Of a stretch of DNA of 60,058 bases, positions 51,899 through 60,058 are shown piece by piece. The stretch is taken from the NCBI GenBank assembly GCA_038062875.1, contig JBBTWF010000007.1:1-60058 (forward strand), given 5' to 3'. The translations under genes and the position numbers were made by a program. The notes beneath the pieces are model-generated. The model had not been told where the DNA came from. It saw only the letters and a list, made by a program, of their open reading frames with translations, and searched no databases. Positions within the stretch are counted from its first letter, which is position 1. Each line of letters opens with the position of its first letter. This stretch comes from Patescibacteria group bacterium. GTDB taxonomy: Bacteria; Patescibacteriota; Minisyncoccia; UBA6257; UBA9933.

Positions 51899-52144
51899 CT
51901 ATTTTTTCCGCAAAGAAACAATAATGCTTGACAGCACAAATCCACTGAAAATTGATATGACCAAAAAAATTATATTGCCAGAAAACGATAAAGGACTGCA
52001 AACCTCCGGACAACGACTATATAGAAATGAATACGAAAATGTTGATAAAAGTATGTGGCTGGGTAGTAAATAAAGGGTTAGAAATATAAAAGACAGAGAA
52101 ACGAATATTATCGTAAATATAATTTTTTGTTTTAAATGGTTCAT
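51899..52144 (-). CDS. Cassette 1: small two-helix membrane protein
   Basis: Two transmembrane helices with a CxxxC loop; first cassette after attI. Confidence 0.7.
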   Translation of the reverse strand: MNHLKQKIIFTIIFVSLSFIFLTLYLLPSHILLSTFSYSFLYSRCPEVCSPLSFSGNIIFLVISIFSGFVLSSIIVSLRKK

Positions 52145-52170
52145 AAAAATAGATTTTAAATTTTTATTTC

Positions 52171-52235
52171 CGATAACTCGTTATTATGCGAAGTGTTTGC
52201 GCAAAAACGACCTTTATTTGTATGTTATGCGAAGT
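52171..52235 (-). other. attI-like recombination site
   Basis: Minus-strand core GTTATCG with adjacent inverted half-site (ATAAC-GA-GTTAT); direct repeats TTATGCGAAGT at 52184-52194 and 52225-52235; no long hairpin; next to the integrase 5' end. Confidence 0.75.
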
Positions 52236-52292
52236 ATGGTATAATTCGCTTATTGACTTAACTGATTTTATTTTATAATAAAACATCAAATT

Positions 52293-53120
52293 ATGCAACC
52301 ATTATTAGAAAGAACAAGGCAAGAATTAAAATTAAGGAATTACAGCCCAAAAACGATTAAAAGTTATCTTTATTACATTAAAGAGTATTTATTATTTGCA
52401 AAACGCGCTAAAGAGCAAAATAAATCAAAAGAAGAAGCGATTAGAGAATTTTTGTTAAATAAACAAGACAAGGGATTTTCCAGCCAAACCACTAATTTAT
52501 GCCTTAACGCCATAAAATTTTTTTATCGGGAAATTATAAAATCGCAAGATAAAATAGACATTAAATTCGCCAAAAGATCGCAAAAATTGCCAGTAGTCCT
52601 ATCGCGAGAAGAAATCAGAAAAATAATAGAAACGCTATCTAATGATAAGCATAAATTATTAATTGCTTTGGCTTACGGCGCTGGTTTACGAGTAAGCGAA
52701 GCGACAAACTTAAAAGTAAAAGATATTAATATTGAAGAACTGACTATTCATCTTAAAGACGCAAAAGGTAAAAAAGATAGAATTACGATTTTTCCTGAAA
52801 AGATAAAATCTGATATTATAAATATAGTATCTGGCAGAGATAAAAACAGCTATGTTTTTGAAAGCGAACGAGGTGGGAAACTAACTGAACGTACCGCGCA
52901 GAAAGTTTTTGAAAACGCGCTTAAAAAATCAAACATCCAAAAAGATGCGACCTTCCATTCGCTCCGTCATAGTTTTGCTACGCATTTACTGGAAAACGGA
53001 GTTGATGTTAGATATGTTCAAGAATTATTAGGACATCAAAATATCAGAACCACACAATTATATACTCAGGTAACAAACCCGAGTATTAAAAAAATAAAAA
53101 GCCCGTTAGATAATTTATGA
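52293..53120 (+). CDS. Integron-associated tyrosine recombinase (short, lacks the IntI-specific insertion)
   Basis: LRNYSPKTIKSY N-terminal SAM-like domain, KLPVVLSREE, YGAGLRVSE, KGKKDR, HSLRHSFATHLLE, LLGH...TTQLY. Confidence 0.88.
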   Translation: MQPLLERTRQELKLRNYSPKTIKSYLYYIKEYLLFAKRAKEQNKSKEEAIREFLLNKQDKGFSSQTTNLCLNAIKFFYREIIKSQDKIDIKFAKRSQKLPVVLSREEIRKIIETLSNDKHKLLIALAYGAGLRVSEATNLKVKDINIEELTIHLKDAKGKKDRITIFPEKIKSDIINIVSGRDKNSYVFESERGGKLTERTAQKVFENALKKSNIQKDATFHSLRHSFATHLLENGVDVRYVQELLGHQNIRTTQLYTQVTNPSIKKIKSPLDNL

Positions 53121-53656
53121 AAATTTTGACAATAGCTAATAAAAAAGAGGAAAAATTTTTGCGGACAAAAACCGCTGATTTTGATTTCAGTAAAGTTAAT
53201 AAAACGCGTTTAAATCAAGTCATTAAAGAAATGCGAAAAACGATGACATTGGCGCGGGGTATTGGCTTAAGCGCCAATCAAGTTGGATTGAATTTAAAAT
53301 TTTTCGTCGTTCAGATTTCCGACGAACTGCTGAAACGAAACGAAAATAATAAAATAATTTTACCGCCGTCGGAAAAAATGAAATTTTACGCTATTTTCAA
53401 TCCAAAAATTAAAACTCCCCTGCTTCGCAACAAAAAAATCGAGATGGAAGAAGGGTGCTTAAGCGTTCCAGGGGTTTATGGAATGGTTAAAAGATATGGA
53501 AAAATCACTTTAATCGGTCAAGATATTAACTCCAAAAAAATCAAAATCAAAGCGGAGGGATTGTTAGCAAGAGTTTTTCAGCACGAAACAGACCATCTCA
53601 ACGGGATTTTATTTATTGATAAATGCAAAAAGATATATAAAATAACTAATATATGA
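53117..53656 (+). CDS. def: Peptide deformylase
   Basis: GIGLSANQVG, EGCLS, QHETDHL. Confidence 0.96.
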   Translation: MKILTIANKKEEKFLRTKTADFDFSKVNKTRLNQVIKEMRKTMTLARGIGLSANQVGLNLKFFVVQISDELLKRNENNKIILPPSEKMKFYAIFNPKIKTPLLRNKKIEMEEGCLSVPGVYGMVKRYGKITLIGQDINSKKIKIKAEGLLARVFQHETDHLNGILFIDKCKKIYKITNI

Positions 53657-54555
53657 AATATATTTTTTTTGGAACACCAGAATTCTCCACAATTATTTTA
53701 GAAAAATTGATCAACGCCGGCTTTATCCCCGAGGCGGTTGTTTGTAATCCCGATAAACCGGTTGGGAGAAAAAAGATTATTACTCCGCCAGCAATAAAAC
53801 TTCTGGCGCAAAAATATAATATTCTTGTCCTCCAGCCCGAAAAATTAGAAATTGGAAATTGGAAATTAGAAATTAATAAACTTGGCGGCGCAGATTTCGC
53901 AATTGTCGCGGCATACAGTAAAATAATTCCTAAAACTATTCTGGATTCTCTGCCCGCCAAGTTTATTGGGGTCCACCCTTCGCTTTTGCCGAAATACCGC
54001 GGTCCCTCCCCTATTCAAACGGCGATTTTGAACGGAGACGAAGAAACCGGCGTTAGTTTATATTTGATGGATGAAAAAGTTGACCACGGAGCGATTTTGG
54101 CAAATCGCAAATCGCAAATCGCAAATCGTGATACTTACGAATCGCTTCATAATAAACTGGCGGAATTAGGGGCGGATTTGTTGATTGATTTCTTACGAAA
54201 AATTAAACAAATTAACAATCAACAATTAGCAATTAGCAATCTTGCTGTGCCTCAAAACGAATCGCAAACCACTTATACGAAGAAATTCAAAACCCAAAAC
54301 GCTTTTATTGAGCCGCAAGATTTGGAAAAAGCCCAAAATGGTTCGGCTTCGCTCACCACAAGTGGTTCGGCAGGTTCATCACAAGTCGCGGCGGAAATTG
54401 ACCGTAAAATCCGCGCTTTAAATCCCGAACCCGGAGTATGGACTATTAAAAACAATAAACGGATAAAACTTTTAGAAGCGAAAATTACGAGTGAAAAACT
54501 TGAGTTATTAACAATTCAACCCGAAGGAAAAAAACCAACGAAATGGGTCAAGTAA
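53653..54555 (+). CDS. fmt: Methionyl-tRNA formyltransferase
   Basis: FFGTPEF, HPSLLPKYRGPSPIQ, IRALNP.PG. Confidence 0.95.
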   Translation: MKYIFFGTPEFSTIILEKLINAGFIPEAVVCNPDKPVGRKKIITPPAIKLLAQKYNILVLQPEKLEIGNWKLEINKLGGADFAIVAAYSKIIPKTILDSLPAKFIGVHPSLLPKYRGPSPIQTAILNGDEETGVSLYLMDEKVDHGAILANRKSQIANRDTYESLHNKLAELGADLLIDFLRKIKQINNQQLAISNLAVPQNESQTTYTKKFKTQNAFIEPQDLEKAQNGSASLTTSGSAGSSQVAAEIDRKIRALNPEPGVWTIKNNKRIKLLEAKITSEKLELLTIQPEGKKPTKWVK

Positions 54556-54754
54556 AAAATCTTTTCGCAGTGAGTATTGCCGGAGAACGTCTTAAAATTC
54601 GCGAGCGAGTAGGAAAAATGCGGGGTACCCGCGTAGCAGGGTCGCATTTTTACGTTATGAGCGAGCCGCCACTCAATTTTATTGAGCGAGCCTCGCCCCT
54701 TCGGGGCGGGAATTTTGACGCTCGGAGGCCTACGAACGAGGAAAGATTTTTTAC
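54552..54754. mobile_element. MITE-like palindromic element, copy 3
   Basis: IR GTAAAAAATCTTT/AAAGATTTTTTAC; interior similar to copy 1. Confidence 0.75.
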
Positions 54755-54759
54755 GAGGT

Positions 54760-55134
54760 CTAAAAACTCTGAACTTCTTCAAGAGAAATAGTTTCTAAAT
54801 TATAACTGTCAACCACTAATTTTAAGTTGGTGGTTTTGTTATTGATTATGGCTTGAGATTTAACGGTTATTTCCGAGGGCGCGGTTTCAATCGGCAAAAT
54901 TTCACATTGATAATCCCCTACCGCGATTATTTCATCTCCCGCATAAGACCCGGCGGATAATTTCAAAAGAGCGGTTTCCAAACAACTATTGGATAAAAAA
55001 TAGCTTATTTTTTTTGATTCAAAATTTTCCGTGTCAAAACGCGCCAATAAAACTCTGACTCCTAAAGCCAAAGCGACTAAAATAACTATTAAAGTTAAAA
55101 TAATTGAAGTTGTGATAGCTAAATATCCTTTCAT
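54760..55134 (-). CDS. PilX-like minor pilin
   Basis: KG|Y leader plus hydrophobic helix; SCLETALLKL. Confidence 0.7.
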   Translation of the reverse strand: MKGYLAITTSIILTLIVILVALALGVRVLLARFDTENFESKKISYFLSNSCLETALLKLSAGSYAGDEIIAVGDYQCEILPIETAPSEITVKSQAIINNKTTNLKLVVDSYNLETISLEEVQSF

Positions 55135-55139
55135 ATTGT

Positions 55140-55682
55140 TTACTCAACGACAAAAAACATTTTTAATGTCGTGGAAGCGATTCCGCTTAACCGACCTCCT
55201 GATTTATTTTCTAAAGATAATGTGATTTTTAAAGTTGAAGGATTTTCAGCTGTGGAAAAATGTTCCGCTAAAAATTTACCGACCCGAACATTATCATTTG
55301 TTAAATTAATCGCAGTCCCGCCTGATTTTGACAATGTGATTTTATCGCCGCTTAAAGCGAAAACTATAGGATTAGAGCTGGAATCAAATTTATTGATTGA
55401 AAATTGAGTTGAAAAAGAATTAGCTGCCGGAAAATTGACGGTTTCCGCTCCGTTCATCGCCCATTCTATTTTCCGCGCCACAAACTCCACGTTAGCCGAT
55501 GTTTCAGTTTTTATTCTTGTCCTTTCGGCGTTTTCCAAAGACCTACTAACCAACAAGAAAGCGGAGCTGATAAAAACCGCCATAATCGCCAAATAAATTA
55601 CCACTTCAATCAGTGTCAACCCCACTTCATTCTTATTGCGATGTAATAATTCTAAGGGCGTCATTGCTTTTGACTGAAACAA
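55140..55682 (-). CDS. Type IV prepilin-like protein
   Basis: G|LTLIEVVI motif. Confidence 0.8.
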   Translation of the reverse strand: MFQSKAMTPLELLHRNKNEVGLTLIEVVIYLAIMAVFISSAFLLVSRSLENAERTRIKTETSANVEFVARKIEWAMNGAETVNFPAANSFSTQFSINKFDSSSNPIVFALSGDKITLSKSGGTAINLTNDNVRVGKFLAEHFSTAENPSTLKITLSLENKSGGRLSGIASTTLKMFFVVE

Positions 55683-57093
55683 AAATTAAATTATTCTCGT
55701 AATCAATGCCTGTGGCCTGCTGTGGAAAATTGAACGAACTAATCTGTTTGATATTGGCGGGGTCAGCGACATTTAAAGCGATAAATTCTTTATTGGCGTT
55801 GCCGGTTGCCAGAAAAGCGAAATTACCAACTGCTACGATATCATTAACCGAATCATAAATATTTATTGACCCCCTTGACGTTATGCTTGAAACATCAGCC
55901 GCGTCCAGCGCGTAAAATTTATTTTCCGTCCCCAGAAAAACTCTTGAGTCGGTTTGAACAAAAACGCTTTTCCCTTCTTGCCCAGATACGTTCCAAGAAC
56001 CGATATTCTGAAGAGACGAGGGATTAGAGACATTAATAACAATCATAGTTTTACCGATGTTATCCTCAACCGCTAAATAAGCGCGTTCAGCCAAAACAAA
56101 AATATCTTTGACATCAGCCATAATCGGAATAGTTGATAAAATTTGAGGATTAAGAGGATTACTTGCGTTTATCGCCATTAATTCGTTTCTTCCGATGTAA
56201 ACTATATTGTTGTCATAAAAAACGCTCAAAGCGTCAACGGTTCCGTCAAGGTCAAGCTGGGCGACTTTTACCGGCGAACTCGGGTTGCTGACGTCAATCA
56301 CCATAAATTCCCTGTCATCGTCCGAAGAAACGGCATAGAGATAATTTCCGTTCATCGCCAAAGAATTAATGCCATTGCCACCTGTTTCAAATTCTCCAAG
56401 TAAAGTAGGAACCGAGGGATTACTGACATTAAAAATTGATAAATCTTTTTTAGACTGACTTGAAGCAATACTGGAAACATAAACTTTATTATTTTCAATT
56501 ATTACATCCGTGCCTTCTCGACCGGCTCCCAAATCAATACTGGATAATGTCTGAGGATTAGCCCAGTTGCCGCTTAAACCAGAATCACCAGAGCCCGGAC
56601 CGCCGCCGCTGTCCAAAACCGATTCCCAATCAGTTAAAAGTAGAGGTAATTCAACTTTCCCGGAATTCCATTCTGCGCGGCTCGTTATTTGTTTTGTTTT
56701 AAAATCAACATCGGAAATAATAATTTTTCTGGTAAAAATATCGTTTGTGTCCCCGCTTCCGGAGAATTGCCATTCTCCATTGGAAAAAACCAGCCCATGT
56801 TCACCGACCGTTAAAGAACTCCAATTTTTTTGAGCAATCGCTTTAACCGCTTCCAATCCTTCCGAAGATAAAGATTGCGCTCTGATATTTTTTTCTTTGT
56901 CCACTGCCAAAAACTGATGTTGAGAAATCAAAATTAAACCGCTGCTTACGCCTATGGCAAACACCGTCAAACCGATTAAAATTTCCACCAAACTAAACCC
57001 CGCACCTTTAGAAGATAATAACGCTTGAACGCTTTTTTTTGTTTTGCGTTGATTTTCTTTAGGATTAGGACAAGATTTTTTGAAAAAAAACAT
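55633..57093 (-). CDS. Prepilin-like protein with C-terminal LVIVD-repeat beta-propeller (putative adhesin)
   Basis: G|FSLVEIL; repeated VIDVSNPSSP-type units. Confidence 0.82.
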   Translation of the reverse strand: MFFFKKSCPNPKENQRKTKKSVQALLSSKGAGFSLVEILIGLTVFAIGVSSGLILISQHQFLAVDKEKNIRAQSLSSEGLEAVKAIAQKNWSSLTVGEHGLVFSNGEWQFSGSGDTNDIFTRKIIISDVDFKTKQITSRAEWNSGKVELPLLLTDWESVLDSGGGPGSGDSGLSGNWANPQTLSSIDLGAGREGTDVIIENNKVYVSSIASSQSKKDLSIFNVSNPSVPTLLGEFETGGNGINSLAMNGNYLYAVSSDDDREFMVIDVSNPSSPVKVAQLDLDGTVDALSVFYDNNIVYIGRNELMAINASNPLNPQILSTIPIMADVKDIFVLAERAYLAVEDNIGKTMIVINVSNPSSLQNIGSWNVSGQEGKSVFVQTDSRVFLGTENKFYALDAADVSSITSRGSINIYDSVNDIVAVGNFAFLATGNANKEFIALNVADPANIKQISSFNFPQQATGIDYENNLIFVSVKSNDALRIITSQ

Positions 57094-57141
57094 ATTTTTA
57101 ATAGAAGCGTTGTAAAAACAAAATCTTCAAAAGGTGCGGGG
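56998..57141. mobile_element. 144-bp CCCCGCACC-type inserted element in a prepilin leader
   Basis: 12-bp perfect IR CCCCGCACCTTT/AAAGGTGCGGGG flanked by TAAA direct repeats. Confidence 0.7.
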
Positions 57142-57155
57142 TAAACCCCTTATTA

Positions 57156-57578
57156 TTAATTAATAACACCTTCTTCATTGATTTGAATTGATAAATTCTG
57201 ACGACCGTTGCTTAAATTGAAAGTTCCGGTCGCGTTGGGTGTTCCGCTTAACGGAGTAAAAATAATTTCTGAAAGTCCGCTAATCGTAATGCCCGATGGT
57301 TTTGCGAATTTCTCGTCAAAAACTGAATCGCGTTCTGTATAAGAATTACCCTTGAATACTACATATTGATTTTCCAAAAGTTCAACTCCGTAAGAACTTT
57401 GACCTTGATTAGTAAACGCCAATGATTGGGCTTTTCTTAAAACCCCGATTAAATTGTCGCGTTCGGAAGTGAGCTGAAAATCCGAATATAAATTATTAAT
57501 TACCGGAAAGCTTACTGCTGATATCGTCCCTAAAATTCCAATAGTGATAATTATTTCAAATAAAGTGAAACCTTTCAT
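57156..57578 (-). CDS. Type IV prepilin-like protein (FimT/GspH-like)
   Basis: MKG|FTLFEIII. Confidence 0.85.
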   Translation of the reverse strand: MKGFTLFEIIITIGILGTISAVSFPVINNLYSDFQLTSERDNLIGVLRKAQSLAFTNQGQSSYGVELLENQYVVFKGNSYTERDSVFDEKFAKPSGITISGLSEIIFTPLSGTPNATGTFNLSNGRQNLSIQINEEGVIN

Positions 57579-57579
57579 T

Positions 57580-58656
57580 TTAGAATCCCTGGCTGCTTTG
57601 GTATATCGGAGTGATAACCGAAAGAGCGATAAACCCAACCATTACTCCGATAAAAATCAAAAGAATCGGTTCAATGATTACGCCTAAATTTTTAACCGTT
57701 TCATCAACTTCGGCTTCATAGTATTCCGACAAATAAAAAAGATTATCTATTAAATTGCCTGTGTTCTCGCCTATTTCTATCATATTGGCCATCATAAAAG
57801 GAAATAAATTTTGATGGGCTTTCAAATATCGCGAAATTTGCTCTCCTTTTTTGACGGTTTCGGACATCATTCGCAATTCTTCTTGATAAACCAAATTCGT
57901 GAAGCTGTTTGAAGTAATTGACAACGTGTCAACAATTTTAACTCCGCTTTTTAAAAGCAAACCGACATTGCGTGTAAAATTAAATAAATTAATATTGCGA
58001 TTAAGTTTTCCGAAAAAAGGAATTTTCAAAAAAAACCATTGAATGAAAAAACGAACTTTTTTCATTTTCATTAATAACCAAACAACTACCGAGATTATTA
58101 AAAATCCTCCAATAATTATCAACCAATATTGAGAGACAAAATTCACCGTGCCAATTAAAATTCTGGTAGTTAAAGGCAATTTCATATTAAGGGACTGAAA
58201 AATCGGGAGTATTTTTGGAAAAACGAAAATAATCAGAAGAAGAATAAGCCCCAAGGTGGCTGTTAAAATTACAGCCGGATAAATTAAAGCTGACCTGACC
58301 TTACTTTTAAATTCTTGTTTTTTCTTTAATTCTTGGGCCAAATAAAGAAGATTCTCGGCCAATGTTCCGCTGGTTTCTCCGATTTTTATTATATTAAGAA
58401 AAAGGTCTCCGAAAAGATAGCGGTAATTTTCCATTGATTGAGAAAGAAATTGTCCGTTGCCGACTTCAATAATCGCTTCATCAAGAATTTTTAAAAGAAT
58501 TTTCGATTTAATCTGCCCTTTAAGAAATTTCAAAGCGTCTAAAATCGGCATTCCCGCTTTAATCGCCATTGAAAGATGGCGGCTGAAAAGAATTTTTTCC
58601 TCTAAAGGAATTGATAAAAAAGGATTATTCATGAATAACTCTGAGAATTTCTTCAA
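57580..58656 (-). CDS. pilC: Type IV pilus/T2SS inner-membrane platform protein
   Basis: GETSGTL, SALIYP, GENTGNL, IEP. Confidence 0.9.
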   Translation of the reverse strand: MKKFSELFMNNPFLSIPLEEKILFSRHLSMAIKAGMPILDALKFLKGQIKSKILLKILDEAIIEVGNGQFLSQSMENYRYLFGDLFLNIIKIGETSGTLAENLLYLAQELKKKQEFKSKVRSALIYPAVILTATLGLILLLIIFVFPKILPIFQSLNMKLPLTTRILIGTVNFVSQYWLIIIGGFLIISVVVWLLMKMKKVRFFIQWFFLKIPFFGKLNRNINLFNFTRNVGLLLKSGVKIVDTLSITSNSFTNLVYQEELRMMSETVKKGEQISRYLKAHQNLFPFMMANMIEIGENTGNLIDNLFYLSEYYEAEVDETVKNLGVIIEPILLIFIGVMVGFIALSVITPIYQSSQGF

Positions 58657-59857
58657 TAGTGGTTACGCCTTTGATAGCTTTATTGAACCCATCCTCAAGC
58701 ATAGTAGTCATCCCCATTTTAATAGCAGCTGCTTTAATCTCGCTGGCGTTTGCGCGTTGCATAATCATAGAACGAATTTCATCGTTAATCTCCAAAACCT
58801 CATGAATGCCGATCCGGCTGTAATATCCGCTCTGGAAACATTTCTTGCACCCCCTGCCAACAAAAAACTTTTTATAAAGTTTCCCTTTGGTAACTTGAGG
58901 CAAAATTTCAGCTAAACTTTTTGCTTCGGCTTCATTTAGAGTTTTTTCAGTACGACAATCTTCACAAATCATTCTTACTAATCGCTGGGCGATTATCGCG
59001 TTAACCGTGGAAGTGATTAAAAATGGCTGAGCGCCCAAATCAATCAAACGCGGCAGAGTCGTAGCCGCGTCATTGGTATGCAAAGTTGAAAGAAGAAGAT
59101 GGCCTGTTAAAGCGGCGTTAACCGCAATGCCGGCGGTTTCCTGGTCTCTGATTTCTCCGACCATTAAAACATTCGGGTCTTGGCGAAGAATTGAACGTAA
59201 ACCGTCGGCAAAAGTCAAACCTGTTTTAATATTGATCTGAATCTGACTAATTCCTTCAAGAGAATATTCAATCGGGTCTTCAATTGTAATAATGGAAACA
59301 TCGCGGGAATTAAGGGTTTTAAGAATAGTGTAAAGAGTTGTAGTTTTCCCGCAACCGGTCGGTCCTGTGGCTAAAATCATTCCGTAGGGTTTTTTAGCCG
59401 CTTGCTCAACTTTAATTAAGTCCTTTGACGTAAATCCTAAACCCTTAAGGTCAAAAATCTGGGATTGTTCCGCTAAAATTCTCAAAACAGCGTTTTCCCC
59501 ATAATAAGTTGGAATAATAGAAACCCTGACGTCAAAATCGGTTTTCGGATTTTTTAAAGTCGCTTTAAAACGACCATCTTGGGCCGCCTGATGTTCATCG
59601 GTTCGTAAATTAGCCAAAACTTTAATTCTGGTGATTATCTCTGATTGAACTTTTTTAGACAAAACGAATATGTCCTGTAAAATTCCGTCAATTCTCAATC
59701 GCACTTTTATTTGGTCCTCAAACGGCTGAATATGAACATCGGAAGCCCGCGACTGGTAAGCGTATTCAATTAAAGCGTCAACCAAGCCGATAATTGACAT
59801 TTCCTCAATCGGTTTAGCTAATTCTTTTTGAATAATTAAAAGTTTATCCTCTGCCAT
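58625..59857 (-). CDS. pilB: Type IV pilus assembly ATPase (GspE/PilB family, short N-terminus)
   Basis: ASDVH, GPTGCGKTT, EDPIE, LRQDP..LMVGEIRD, TGHL..STLH, tetracysteine motif. Confidence 0.92.
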   Translation of the reverse strand: MAEDKLLIIQKELAKPIEEMSIIGLVDALIEYAYQSRASDVHIQPFEDQIKVRLRIDGILQDIFVLSKKVQSEIITRIKVLANLRTDEHQAAQDGRFKATLKNPKTDFDVRVSIIPTYYGENAVLRILAEQSQIFDLKGLGFTSKDLIKVEQAAKKPYGMILATGPTGCGKTTTLYTILKTLNSRDVSIITIEDPIEYSLEGISQIQINIKTGLTFADGLRSILRQDPNVLMVGEIRDQETAGIAVNAALTGHLLLSTLHTNDAATTLPRLIDLGAQPFLITSTVNAIIAQRLVRMICEDCRTEKTLNEAEAKSLAEILPQVTKGKLYKKFFVGRGCKKCFQSGYYSRIGIHEVLEINDEIRSMIMQRANASEIKAAAIKMGMTTMLEDGFNKAIKGVTTIEEILRVIHE

Positions 59858-59935
59858 TTTTTTATTATATCATACTTTTAATAAAATACAAAAATGTTGA
59901 TAATTAAAGGCGGAATTTGATATAATAAAATCAAT

Positions 59936-60006
59936 TGCCGGATCATCTAATGGTAGGATAGCGGACTCTGAATCCGTTCATCTTGGTTCGAATCCAAGTC
60001 CGGCAG
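59936..60006 (+). tRNA. tRNA-Gln(CTG)
   Basis: TGCCGGA/TCCGGCA acceptor stem, anticodon loop CTCTGAA, GGTTCGAATCC. Confidence 0.95.
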
Positions 60007-60058
60007 CAAAAAAATAGAATCGCCGTTTTCGCCAAAATTCGGAGCGTCGCAAAGCGAC

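Noticed and set aside
47295-52235. CRISPR array or toxin-cassette repeat array
   Set aside because: The repeats are variable hairpins separated by whole genes, not constant repeats with short spacers; no cas genes; core-site logic fits an integron
52293-53120. Housekeeping XerC/XerD or prophage integrase
   Set aside because: Adjacent attI-like site and cassette array, integron-type N-terminal motifs, and no phage genes nearby

Overview
AT-rich bacterial chromosome segment with the gene content of a Patescibacteria (CPR, Parcubacteria-like) genome; the taxonomy is an inference. It carries housekeeping genes (dnaG, rpoD, alaS, gltX, prfB with a +1 frameshift, ftsEX, murC, murG, mraY, ftsW, scpAB, dnaX, rpmA, rplI, def, fmt), a CsoR-regulated copper operon, a type IV pilus cluster and three tRNAs. 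Two accessory systems stand out. (1) An integron-like locus at 47.3-53.1 kb: a 275-aa tyrosine recombinase that lacks the IntI-specific insertion, an attI-like site, and five cassettes of membrane or surface proteins. The attC-like hairpins are non-canonical and each cassette is bracketed by its own 16-33 bp inverted repeats. (2) A stand-alone retron-type reverse transcriptase with a ~255-nt multi-hairpin ncRNA closed by a perfect 15-bp inverted repeat and no effector gene. The window also holds several families of small repeats: 170-260 bp MITE-like palindromes (one nested), 15-bp mini-hairpins and heptamer repeats inserted in-frame in proteins, and a CCCCGCACC element that rewrote a prepilin leader. 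Core genes look leaderless, whereas orphan genes have Shine-Dalgarno sites and often a boxA-like motif.
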